NCBI GenBank assembly: GCA_964016885.1
Contig: OZ024744.1
Location: 133,424,001-133,488,000 of the forward strand
Length of the DNA: 64,000 nt
Source: Eledone cirrhosa
Lineage: Eukaryota
Direction of reading: 5' to 3'
Numbering within the stretch: position 1 is the first letter of the stretch; each line of letters starts with the position of its first letter. Below, piece by piece: positions 47,801 through 60,000 of this stretch. The position numbers and the translations under genes are program-made. The notes under the pieces were generated by a model that did no database searches, was not told the origin of the DNA, and saw nothing but the letters and a program-made list of their open reading frames with translations.

Positions 47801-50800
47801 TTAAGTTAAGTTGTCGTTAAGTTAAGTTGGGTTTGAGTTAAGTTGGGGTTGAGTTAATTTAGGGTTAATTTAAGTTGGGGTTAAGTTAAGTTGGGTTTCA
47901 GTTAAGTTGGGGTTAAGTTAAGTTGGGGTCAAGTTAAGTTGGGGTTAATTTAAGTTGGGGTTAATTTAAGTTGGGGTTAAGTTAAGTTGGGGTGAAGTTA
48001 AGTTGGGGTTAAGTTAAGTTGGGGTTAAGTTAAGTTGGGGTTAAGTTAAGTTGGGGTTAAATTAAGTTGGGGTTAAGTTAAGTTGGGGTTAAGTTAAGTT
48101 GGGGTTAAGTTAAGTTGGGGTTAAGTTAAGTTGGGGTTAAGTTAAGTTGGGGTTAAGTTAGATTGTGGTTAAGTTAAGTTGGGGTTAATTTAAGTTTGGG
48201 TTAAGTTAAGTTGGGGTTAAGTTAAGGCGGGGTTAAGTTGAGTTGGGGTTAAGTTAAGTTGGGGTTAAGTTAAGTTGGGGTTGAGTTAATTTGGGGTTAA
48301 CTTAAGTTGGGGGTACTTAAGTTGGGTTTAAGTTAAGTGGGGTTAAGTTAAGTTGGGGTTAAGTTAAGTTGGGGTTAAGTTAAGTTGGGGTTAAGTTAGG
48401 TTGTGGTTAAGTTAAGTTGGGGGTAAGTTAAGTTGGGGGTAAGTTAAGTTGGGGTTAATTTAAGTTGGGTCTAATTAAGTTGGGGTTAAGTTAAGTTGGG
48501 GTTAAGTTAAGTTGGGGTTGAGTTAATTTGGGGTTAACTTAAGTTGGGGGTACTTAAGTTGGGTTCAAGTTAAGTGGGGTTAAGTTAAGTTGGGGTTAAG
48601 TTAAGTTGGGGTTAAGTTAAGTTGGGGGTAAGTTAAGTTGGGGTTAATTTAAGTTGGGTCAAATTAAGTTGGGGTTAAGTTAAGTTGGGGTTAAGTTAAG
48701 TTGGCGTTAAATTAAGTTGGGGTTAAGTTAAGTTGGGGTTAAATTAAGTTGGGGTTAAGTTAAGTTGGGGTTAAGTTAAGTTGGGGTGAAGTTAAGTTGG
48801 GGGTAAGTTAAGTTGGTGGTAAGTTAAGTTGGGGGTAAGTTAAGATGGGGTAAGTTAAGTTGGGGTTAAGTTAATTTGGGGTTAAGTTAGGGTTAAGTTA
48901 AGTTGGGGTTGAGTTAAGTTGGGGTTAAGTTAAGTTGGGGTTATGTTAAGTTGGAGTTAAGTTAAGTTGGGGTTAAGTTGAGTTGGGGTTCAGTTAAGTT
49001 GCGGTTGATTTAAGTTGGGGTTAAGTTAAGTTGGGGTTAAGTTAAGTTGGGGTTAAGTTAAGTTGGGGTTAATTTAAGTTGGGGTTAAGTTAAGTTGGGG
49101 TTAAGTTAAGTTGGGGTTAAGTTAAGTTGGGGTTAAGTTAAGTTGGGGTTAAATTAAGTTGGGGTTAAGTTAAGTTGGGGTTAAATTAAGTTGGGGTTAA
49201 GATAAGTTGGGGTTAAGTTAAGTTGGGGTTGAGTTAAGTTGGGGTTGAGTTAATTTGGGGTTAACTTAAGTTGGGGGTACTTAGGTAGGATTTAAGTTAA
49301 GTGGGGTTAAGTTAGGTTGTGGTTAAGTTAAGTTGGTGTTAAGTTAAGTTGGGGTTAATTTAAGTTGGGGGTAAGTTAAGTTGGGGGTAAGTTAAGTTGG
49401 GGTTAATTTAAGTTGGGTCTAATTAAGTTGGGGTTAAGTTAAGTTGGGGTTAAGTTAAGTTGGGGTTAAATTAAGTTGGGGTTAAGTTAAGTTGGGGTTA
49501 AGTTAAGTTGGGGTTAAATTAAGTTGGGGTTAAGTTAAGTTGAGGTTAAATTAAGTTGGGGTTAAGTTAAGTTGGGGTTAAGTTAAGTTGGGGTTAAGTT
49601 AAGTTGGGGTTAAGTTAAGTGGTGGTTATGTTAAGTTGGGGTTAAGTTAAGTTGGGGTTGAGTTAAGTTGGGGTTGAGTTAAGTTGGGGTTGAGTTAAGT
49701 TGGGGTTGAGTTAAGTTGGGGTTGAGTGAAGTTGGGGTTAAGTTAAGTTGGGGTTAATTTATGTTGGGGTTAAGTTAAGTCGGGGTTAAGTTAAGTTGGG
49801 GTTAAGTTAAGTTGGGGTTAAGTTAAATTGGGGTTGAGTTAAGTTGGGGTTGAGTTAATTTAGGGTTAAGTTAAGTTGGGGTTAAGTTAAGTTGGGGTTA
49901 AGTTAGATTGTGGTTAAGTTAAGTTGGGGTTAATTTAAGTTTGGGTTAAGTTAAGTTGGGGTTAAGTTAAGGCGGGGTTAAGTTGAGTTGGGGTTAAGTT
50001 AAGTTGGGGTTGAGTTAATTTGGGGTTAACTTAAGTTGGGGGTACTTAAGTTGGGTTTAAGTTAAGTGGGGTTAAGTTAAGTTGGGGTTAAGTTAAGTTG
50101 GGGTTAAGTTAAGTTGGGGTTAAGTTAGGTTGTGGTTAAGTTAAGTTGGGGGTAAGTTAAGTTGGGGGTAAGTTAAGTTGGGGTTAATTTAAGTTGGGTC
50201 TAATTAAGTTGGGGTTAAGTTAAGTTGGGGTTAAGTTGAGTTGGGGTTGAGTTGGGGTTAAGTTAAGTTAGGGTTAAGTTAAGTTGGGGTTAAGTTGAGT
50301 TGGGGTTAAGTTAAGTTGCGGTTAATTTAAGTTGGGGTTAATTTAAGTTGGGGTTAAGTTAAGTTGGGGTGAAGTTAAGTTGGGGTTAAGTTAAGTTGGG
50401 GTTAAGTTAAGTTGGGGTTAAGTTAAGTTGGGGTTAAATTAAGTTGGGGTTAAGTTAAGTTGGGGTTAAGTTAAGTTGGGGTTAAGTTAAGATGGGGTTA
50501 AGTTAAGTTGGGGTTAAGTTGGGGTTAAGTTAAGTTAGGGTTAAGTTAAGTTGCGGTTGAGTTAAGTTGGGGTTAAGCTAAGTGGTGGTTATGTTAAGTT
50601 GGGGTTAAGTTAAGTTGGGGTTAATTTAAATTGGGGTTAAGTTAACTTTGTGGTTAAGTTAAGTTGGGGTTAAGTTAAGTTGGGGTTAAGTTAAGTTGGG
50701 GCTGAGTTAAGTTGGGGATGAGTGAAGTTGGGGTTAAGTTAAGTTGGGGTTAAGTTAAGTTGTCGTTAAGTTAAGTTGGGTTTGAGTTAAGTTGGGGTTG

Positions 50801-53800
50801 AGTTAATTTAGGGTTAATTTAAGTTGGGGTTAAGTTAAGTTGGGTTTCAGTTAAGTTGGGGTTAAGTTAAGTTGGGGTCAAGTTAAGTTGGGGTTAAGTT
50901 AAGTTGGGGTTAAGTCAAGTTGGGGTTAAGTTAAGTTAGGGTTAATTTAGTTGGGGTTAAGTTAAGTTGGGGCTAAGTTAAGTTGGGGCTAAGTTAAGTT
51001 GGGGCTAAGTTAAGTTGGGGTTAAGTTAAGTTGGGGTTAAGTTAAGGTGGGGTTAATTTAAGTTGGGGCTGAGTTAAGTTGGGGCTGAGTTAAGTTGGGG
51101 TTAAGTTAAGTTGGGGTTGAGTTAAGTTGGGGTTAAGTTAAGTGGGGTTAAGTTAAGTTGGGGCTAAGTTAAGTTGGGGCTGAGTTAAGTTGGGGCTGAG
51201 TTAAGTTGGGGTTAAGTTAAGTTGGGGTTAAGTTAAGTTGGGGTTGAGTTAACTTGGGGTTAAGTTAAGTTGGGGTTAAGTTAAGTTGGGGTTCAGTTAA
51301 GTTGGGGTTAAGTTAAATTGGGGTTAAGTTAAGTTGGGGTTAAGTTAAGTTGGGGTTAAGTTAAGTTGGGGTTAAGTTAGATTGTGGTTAAGTTAAGTTG
51401 GGGTTAATTTAAGTTTGGGTTAAGTTAAGTTGGGGTTAAGTTAAGGCGGGGTTAAGTTGAGTTGGGGTTAAGTTAAGTTGGGGTTAAGTTAAGTTGGGGT
51501 TGAGTTAATTTGGGGTTAACTTAAGTTGGGGGTACTTAAGTTGGGTTTAAGTTAAGTGGGGTTAAGTTAAGTTGGGGTTAAGTTAAGTTGGGGTTAAGTT
51601 AGGTTGTGGTTAAGTTAAGTTGGGGGTAAGTTAAGTTGGGGGTAAGTTAAGTTGGGGTTAATTTAAGTTGGGTCTAATTAAGTTGGGGTTAAGTTAAGTT
51701 GGGGTTAAGTTAAGTTGGGGTTGAGTTAATTTGGGGTTAACTTAAGTTGGGGGTACTTAAGTTGGGTTCAAGTTAAGTGGGGTTAAGTTAAGTTGGGGTT
51801 AAGTTAAGTTGGGGTTAAGTTAAGTTGGGGGTAAGTTAAGTTGGGGTTAATTTAAGTTGGGTCAAATTAAGTTGGGGTTAAGTTAAGTTGGGGTTAAGTT
51901 AAGTTGGCGTTAAATTAAGTTGGGGTTAAGTTAAGTTGGGGTTAAATTAAGTTGGGGTTAAGTTAAGTTGGGGTTAAGTTAAGTTGGGGTGAAGTTAAGT
52001 TGGGGGTAAGTTAAGTTGGTGGTAAGTTAAGTTGGGGGTAAGTTAAGATGGGGTAAGTTAAGTTGGGGTTAAGTTAATTTGGGGTTAAGTTAGGGTTAAG
52101 TTAAGTTGGGGTTGAGTTAAGTTGGGGTTAAGTTAAGTTGGGGTTATGTTAAGTTGGAGTTAAGTTAAGTTGGGGTTAAGTTGAGTTGGGGTTCAGTTAA
52201 GTTGCGGTTGATTTAAGTTGGGGTTAAGTTAAGTTGGGGTTAAGTTAAGTTGGGGTTAAGTTAAGTTGGGGTTAATTTAAGTTGGGGTTAAGTTAAGTTG
52301 GGGTTAAGTTAAGTTGGGGTTAAGTTAAGTTGGGGTTAAGTTAAGTTGGGGTTAAATTAAGTTGGGGTTAAGTTAAGTTGGGGTTAAATTAAGTTGGGGT
52401 TAAGATAAGTTGGGGTTAAGTTAAGTTGGGGTTGAGTTAAGTTGGGGTTGAGTTAATTTGGGGTTAACTTAAGTTGGGGGTACTTAGGTAGGATTTAAGT
52501 TAAGTGGGGTTAAGTTAGGTTGTGGTTAAGTTAAGTTGGTGTTAAGTTAAGTTGGGGTTAATTTAAGTTGGGGGTAAGTTAAGTTGGGGGTAAGTTAAGT
52601 TGGGGTTAATTTAAGTTGGGTCTAATTAAGTTGGGGTTAAGTTAAGTTGGGGTTAAGTTAAGTTGGGGTTAAATTAAGTTGGGGTTAAGTTAAGTTGGGG
52701 TTAAGTTAAGTTGGGGTTAAATTAAGTTGGGGTTAAGTTAAGTTGAGGTTAAATTAAGTTGGGGTTAAGTTAAGTTGGGGTTAAGTTAAGTTGGGGTTAA
52801 GTTAAGTTGGGGTTAAGTTAAGTGGTGGTTATGTTAAGTTGGGGTTAAGTTAAGTTGGGGTTGAGTTAAGTTGGGGTTGAGTTAAGTTGGGGTTGAGTTA
52901 AGTTGGGGTTGAGTTAAGTTGGGGTTGAGTGAAGTTGGGGTTAAGTTAAGTTGGGGTTAATTTATGTTGGGGTTAAGTTAAGTCGGGGTTAAGTTAAGTT
53001 GGGGTTAAGTTAAGTTGGGGTTAAGTTAAATTGGGGTTGAGTTAAGTTGGGGTTGAGTTAATTTAGGGTTAAGTTAAGTTGGGGTTAAGTTAAGTTGGGG
53101 TTAAGTTAGATTGTGGTTAAGTTAAGTTGGGGTTAATTTAAGTTTGGGTTAAGTTAAGTTGGGGTTAAGTTAAGGCGGGGTTAAGTTGAGTTGGGGTTAA
53201 GTTAAGTTGGGGTTGAGTTAATTTGGGGTTAACTTAAGTTGGGGGTACTTAAGTTGGGTTTAAGTTAAGTGGGGTTAAGTTAAGTTGGGGTTAAGTTAAG
53301 TTGGGGTTAAGTTAAGTTGGGGTTAAGTTAGGTTGTGGTTAAGTTAAGTTGGGGGTAAGTTAAGTTGGGGGTAAGTTAAGTTGGGGTTAATTTAAGTTGG
53401 GTCTAATTAAGTTGGGGTTAAGTTAAGTTGGGGTTAAGTTGAGTTGGGGTTGAGTTGGGGTTAAGTTAAGTTAGGGTTAAGTTAAGTTGGGGTTAAGTTG
53501 AGTTGGGGTTAAGTTAAGTTGCGGTTAATTTAAGTTGGGGTTAATTTAAGTTGGGGTTAAGTTAAGTTGGGGTGAAGTTAAGTTGGGGTTAAGTTAAGTT
53601 GGGGTTAAGTTAAGTTGGGGTTAAGTTAAGTTGGGGTTAAATTAAGTTGGGGTTAAGTTAAGTTGGGGTTAAGTTAAGTTGGGGTTAAGTTAAGATGGGG
53701 TTAAGTTAAGTTGGGGTTAAGTTGGGGTTAAGTTAAGTTAGGGTTAAGTTAAGTTGCGGTTGAGTTAAGTTGGGGTTAAGCTAAGTGGTGGTTATGTTAA

Positions 53801-54090
53801 GTTGGGGTTAAGTTAAGTTGGGGTTAATTTAAATTGGGGTTAAGTTAACTTTGTGGTTAAGTTAAGTTGGGGTTAAGTTACGTTGGGGTTAAGTTAAGTT
53901 GGGGCTGAGTTAAGTTGGGGATGAGTGAAGTTGGGGTTAAGTTAAGTTGGGGTTAAGTTAAGTTGTCGTTAAGTTAAGTTGGGTTTGAGTTAAGTTGGGG
54001 TTGAGTTAATTTAGGGTTAATTTAAGTTGGGGTTAAGTTAAGTTGGGTTTCAGTTAAGTTGGGGTTAAGTTAAGTTGGGGTCAAGTTAAG
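41860..54090 (+). repeat. Four near-complete ~3.2-kb HOR copies arranged as a duplicated dimer (offset 6105 then 6152)
   Basis: 'aactttgtgg' C is at 44494, 47697, 50646 and 53849 (spacings 3203, 2949, 3203). The rare 'gttacgttgggg' C is at 47729/53881, and 'gattgtgg' is at 42056/48161. A 47-bp deletion at ~44080 accounts for the offset change. Confidence 0.8.
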
Positions 54091-57000
54091 TTGGGGTTAA
54101 GTTAAGTTGGGGTTAAGTCAAGTTGGGGTTAAGTTAAGTTAGGGTTAATTTAGTTGGGGTTAAGTTAAGTTGGGGCTAAGTTAAGTTGGGGCTAAGTTAA
54201 GTTGGGGCTAAGTTAAGTTGGGGTTAAGTTAAGTTGGGGTTAAGTTAAGGTGGGGTTAATTTAAGTTGGGGCTGAGTTAAGTTGGGGCTGAGTTAAGTTG
54301 GGGTTAAGTTAAGTTGGGGTTGAGTTAAGTTGGGGTTAAGTTAAGTGGGGTTAAGTTAAGTTGGGGCTAAGTTAAGTTGGGGCTGAGTTAAGTTGGGGCT
54401 GAGTTAAGTTGGGGTTAAGTTAAGTTGGGGTTAAGTTAAGTTGGGGTTGAGTTAACTTGGGGTTAAGTTAAGTTGGGGTTAAGTTAAGTTGGGGTTCAGT
54501 TAAGTTGGGGTTAAGTTAAATTGGGGTTAAGTTAAGTTGGGGTTAAGTTAAGTTGGGGTTAAGTTAAGTTGGGGTTAAGTTAGATTGTGGTTAAGTTAAG
54601 TTGGGGTTAATTTAAGTTTGGGTTAAGTTAAGTTGGGGTTAAGTTAAGGCGGGGTTAAGTTGAGTTGGGGTTAAGTTAAGTTGGGGTTAAGTTAAGTTGG
54701 GGTTGAGTTAATTTGGGGTTAACTTAAGTTGGGGGTACTTAAGTTGGGTTTAAGTTAAGTGGGGTTAAGTTAAGTTGGGGTTAAGTTAAGTTGGGGTTAA
54801 GTTAGGTTGTGGTTAAGTTAAGTTGGGGGTAAGTTAAGTTGGGGGTAAGTTAAGTTGGGGTTAATTTAAGTTGGGTCTAATTAAGTTGGGGTTAAGTTAA
54901 GTTGGGGTTAAGTTAAGTTGGGGTTGAGTTAATTTGGGGTTAACTTAAGTTGGGGGTACTTAAGTTGGGTTCAAGTTAAGTGGGGTTAAGTTAAGTTGGG
55001 GTTAAGTTAAGTTGGGGTTAAGTTAAGTTGGGGGTAAGTTAAGTTGGGGTTAATTTAAGTTGGGTCAAATTAAGTTGGGGTTAAGTTAAGTTGGGGTTAA
55101 GTTAAGTTGGCGTTAAATTAAGTTGGGGTTAAGTTAAGTTGGGGTTAAATTAAGTTGGGGTTAAGTTAAGTTGGGGTTAAGTTAAGTTGGGGTGAAGTTA
55201 AGTTGGGGGTAAGTTAAGTTGGTGGTAAGTTAAGTTGGGGGTAAGTTAAGATGGGGTAAGTTAAGTTGGGGTTAAGTTAATTTGGGGTTAAGTTAGGGTT
55301 AAGTTAAGTTGGGGTTGAGTTAAGTTGGGGTTAAGTTAAGTTGGGGTTATGTTAAGTTGGAGTTAAGTTAAGTTGGGGTTAAGTTGAGTTGGGGTTCAGT
55401 TAAGTTGCGGTTGATTTAAGTTGGGGTTAAGTTAAGTTGGGGTTAAGTTAAGTTGGGGTTAAGTTAAGTTGGGGTTAATTTAAGTTGGGGTTAAGTTAAG
55501 TTGGGGTTAAGTTAAGTTGGGGTTAAATTAAGTTGGGGTTAAGTTAAGTTGGGGTTAAATTAAGTTGGGGTTAAGATAAGTTGGGGTTAACTTAAGTTGG
55601 GGTTGAGTTAAGTTGGGGTTGAGTTAATTTGGGGTTAACTTAAGTTGGGGGTACTTAGGTAGGATTTAAGTTAAGTGGGGTTAAGTTAGGTTGTGGTTAA
55701 GTTAAGTTGGTGTTAAGTTAAGTTGGGGTTAATTTAAGTTGGGGGTAAGTTAAGTTGGGGGTAAGTTAAGTTGGGGTTAATTTAAGTTGGGTCTAATTAA
55801 GTTGGGGTTAAGTTAAGTTGGGGTTAAGTTAAGTTGGGGTTAAATTAAGTTGGGGTTAAGTTAAGTTGGGGTTAAGTTAAGTTGGGGTTAAATTAAGTTG
55901 GGGTTAAGTTAAGTTGAGGTTAAATTAAGTTGGGGTTAAGTTAAGTTGGGGTTAAGTTAAGTTGGGGTTAAGTTAAGTTGGGGTTAAGTTAAGTGGTGGT
56001 TATGTTAAGTTGGGGTTAAGTTAAGTTGGGGTTGAGTTAAGTTGGGGTTGAGTTAAGTTGGGGTTGAGTTAAGTTGGGGTTGAGTGAAGTTGGGGTTAAG
56101 TTAAGTTGGGGTTAATTTATGTTGGGGTTAAGTTAAGTCGGGGTTAAGTTAAGTTGGGGTTAAGTTAAGTTGGGGTTAAGTTAAATTGGGGTTGAGTTAA
56201 GTTGGGGTTGAGTTAATTTAGGGTTAAGTTAAGTTGGGGTTAAGTTAAGTTGGGGTTAAGTTAGATTGTGGTTAAGTTAAGTTGGGGTTAATTTAAGTTT
56301 GGGTTAAGTTAAGTTGGGGTTAAGTTGAGGCGGGGTTAAGTTGAGTTGGGGTTAAGTTAAGTTGGGGTTGAGTTAATTTGGGGTTAACTTAAGTTGGGGG
56401 TACTTAAGTTGGGTTTAAGTTAAGTGGGGTTAAGTTAAGTTGGGGTTAAGTTAAGTTGGGGTTAAGTTAGGTTGTGGTTAAGTTAAGTTGGGGGTAAGTT
56501 AAGTTGGGGGTAAGTTAAGTTGGGGTTAATTTAAGTTGGGTCTAATTAAGTTGGGGTTAAGTTAAGTTGGGGTTAAGTTAAGTTGGGGTTGAGTTAATTT
56601 GGGGTTAACTTAAGTTGGGGGTACTTAAGTTGGGTTTAAGTTAAGTGGGGTTAAGTTAAGTTGGGGTTAAGTTAAGTTGGGGTTAAGTTAAGTTGGGGGT
56701 AAGTTAAGTTGGGGGTAAGTTAAGTTGGGGTTAATTTAAGTTGGGTCAAATTAAGTTGGGGTTAAGTTAAGTTGGGGTTAAGTTAAGTTGGCGTTAAATT
56801 AAGTTGGGGTTAAGTTAAGTTGGGGTTAAATTAAGTTGGGGTTAAGTTAAGTTGGGGTTAAGTTAAGTTGGGGTGAAGTTAAGTTGGGGGTAAGTTAAGT
56901 TGGTGGTAAGTTAAGTTGGGGGTAAGTTAAGATGGGGTAAGTTAAGTTGGGGTTAAGTTAATTTGGGGTTAAGTTAGGGTTAAGTTAAGTTGGGGTTGAG

Positions 57001-60000
57001 TTAAGTTGGGGTTAAGTTAAGTTGGGGTTATGTTAAGTTGGAGTTAAGTTAAGTTGGGGTTAAGTTGAGTTGGGGTTCAGTTAAGTTGCGGTTGATTTAA
57101 TTTGGGTTAAGTTAAGTTGGGGTTAAGTTAAGTTGGGGTTAAGTTAAGTTGGGGTTAATTTAAGTTGGGGTTAAGTTAAGTTGGGGTTAAGTTAAGTTGG
57201 GGTTAAATTAAGTTGGGGTTAAGTTAAGTTGGGGTTAAATTAAGTTGGGGTTAAGATAAGTTGGGGTTAAGTTAAGTTGGGGTTGAGTTAAGTTGGGGTT
57301 GAGTTAATTTGGGGTTAACTTAAGTTGGGGGTACTTAAGTAGGATTTAAGTTAAGTGGGGTTAAGTTAGGTTGTGGTTAAGTTAAGTTGGGGGTAAGTTA
57401 AGTTGGGGGTAAGTTAAGTTGGGGTTAATTTAAGTTGGGTCTAATTAAGTTGGGGTTAAGTTAAGTTGGGGTTAAGTTAAGTTGGGGTTAAATTAAGTTG
57501 GGGTTAAGTTAAGTTGAGGTTAAATTAAGTTGGGGTTAAGTTAAGTTGGGGTTAAGTTAAGTTGGGGTTAAGTTAAGTTGGGGTTAAGTTAAGTGGTGGT
57601 TATGTTAAGTTGGGGTTAAGTTAAGTTGGGGTTGAGTTAAGTTGGGGTTGAGTTAAGTTGGGGTTGAGTTAAGTTGGGGTTGAGTTAAGTTGGGGTTGAG
57701 TGAAGTTGGGGTTAAGTTAAGTTGGGGTTAATTTATGTTGGGGTTAAGTTAAGTCGGGGTTAAGTTAAGTTGGGGTTAAGTTAAGTTGGGGTTAAGTTAA
57801 ATTGGGGTTGAGTTAAGTTGGGGTTGAGTTAATTTAGGGTTAAGTTAAGTTGGGGTTAAGTTAAGTTGGGTTTAAGTTAAGTTGGGGTTAAATTAAGTTG
57901 GGGTTAAGTTAAGTTGGGGGTAAGTTAAGTTGGTGTTAAGTTAAGTTGGGGTTAAGTTAAGTTGGGGTTAAGTTAAGTTGGGGTTAATTTAAATTGGGGT
58001 TTAGTTAAGTTGGGGTTAAGTTAAGTTGGGTTTATATTAAGTTGGGGTTAAGTTAAGTTGGGGTTAAGTTAAGTTGGGGTTCAGTTAAGTTGCGGTTAAT
58101 TTAAGTTGGGGTTAAGTTAAGTTGGGGTTAAGTTAAGTTGGGGTTAAGTTAAGTTGGGGGTAAGTTAAGTTGGTGGTAAGTTAAGTTGGGGGTAAGTTAA
58201 GATGGGGTTAAGTTATGTTGGGGTTAAGTTAATTTGGGGTTAAGTTAGGGTTAAGTTAAGTTGGGTTGAGTTAAGTTGGGGTTAAATTAAGTTGGGGTTA
58301 AGTTAAGTTGGGGTTAAGTTAAGTTGGGGTTAAGTTAAGATGGGGTTAAGTTAAGTTGGGGTTAAGTTAAGTTGGGGTTAAATTAAGTTGGGGTTAAGTT
58401 AAGTTGGGGTTAAATTAAGTTGGGGTTAAGATAAGTTGGGGTTAAGTTAAGTTGGGGTTGAGTTAAGTTGGGGTTGAGTTAATTTGGGGTTAACTTAAGT
58501 TGGGGGTACTTAAGTAGGATTTAAGTTAAGTGGGGTTAAGTTAGGTTGTGGTTAAGTTAAGTTGGGGGTAAGTTAAGTTGGGGGTAAGTTAAGTTGGGGT
58601 TAATTTAAGTTGGGTCTAATTAAGTTGGGGTTAAGTTAAGTTGGGGTTAAGTTAAGTTGGGGTTAAATTAAGTTGGGGTTAAGTTAAGTTGAGGTTAAAT
58701 TAAGTTGGGGTTAAGTTAAGTTGGGGTTAAGTTAAGTTGGGGTTAAGTTAAGTTGGGGTTAAGTTAAGTGGTGGTTATGTTAAGTTGGGGTTAAGTTAAG
58801 TTGGGGTTGAGTTAAGTTGGGGTTGAGTTAAGTTGGGGTTGAGTTAAGTTGGGGTTGAGTGAAGTTGGGGTTAAGTTAAGTTGGGGTTAATTTATGTTGG
58901 GGTTAAGTTAAATTGGGGTTGAGTTAAGTTGGGGTTAAGTTAAGTTGGGGTTAAGTTAAGTTGGGTTTAAGTTAAGTTGGGGTTAAATTAAGTTGGGGTT
59001 AAGTTAAGTTGGGGGTAAGTTAAGTTGGTGTTAAGTTAAGTTGGGGTTAAGTTAAGTTGGGGTTGAATTAAGTTAGGGTTAAGTTAAGTTGGGGTTAAGT
59101 TAAGTTGGGGTTAATTTAAATTGGGGTTTAGTTAAGTTGGGGTTAAGTTAAGTTGGGTTTATATTAAGTTGGGGTTAAGTTAAGTTGGGGTTCAGTTAAG
59201 TTGCGGTTAATATAAGTTGGGGTTAAGTTAAGTTGGGGTTAAGTTAAGTTGGGGTTAAGTTAAGTTGGGGGTAAGTTAAGTTGGTGGTAAGTTAAGTTGG
59301 GGGTAAGTTAAGATGGGGTTAAGTTATGTTGGGGTTAAGTTAATTTGGGGTTAAGTTAGGGTTAAGTTAAGTTGGGTTGAGTTAAGTTGGGGTTAAATTA
59401 AGTTGGGGTTAAGTTAAGTTGGGGTTAAGTTAAGTTGGGGTTAAGTTAAGATGGGGTTAAGTTAAGTTGGGGTTAAGTTGGGGTTAAGTTAAGTTAGGGT
59501 TAAGTTAAGTTGGGGTTAAGTTGAGTTGGGGTTAAGTTAAGTTGCGGTTAATTTAAGTTGGGGTTAATTTAAGTTGGGGTTAAGTTAAGTTGGGGTTAAG
59601 TTAAGTTGGGGTTAAGTTAAGTTGGGGTTAAGTTAAGTTGGGGTTAAGTTAAGTTGGGGTTAAATTAAGTTGGGGTTAAGTTAAGTTGGGGTTAAGTTAA
59701 GTTGGGGTTAAGTTAAGATGGGGTTAAGTTAAGTTGGGGTTAAGTTGGGGTTAAGTTAAGTTAGGGTTAAGTTAAGTTGGGGTTGAGTTAAGTTGGGGTT
59801 AAGTTAAGTGGTGGTTATGTTAAGTTGGGGTTAAGTTAAGTTGGGGTTAATTTAAATTGGGGTTAAGTTAACTTTGTGGTTAAGTTAAGTTGGGGTTAAG
59901 TTAAGTTGGGGTTAAGTTAAGTTGGGGCTGAGTTAAGTTGGGGATGAGTGAAGTTGGGGTTAAGTTAAGTTGGGGTTAAGTTAAGTTGGCGTTAAGTTAA

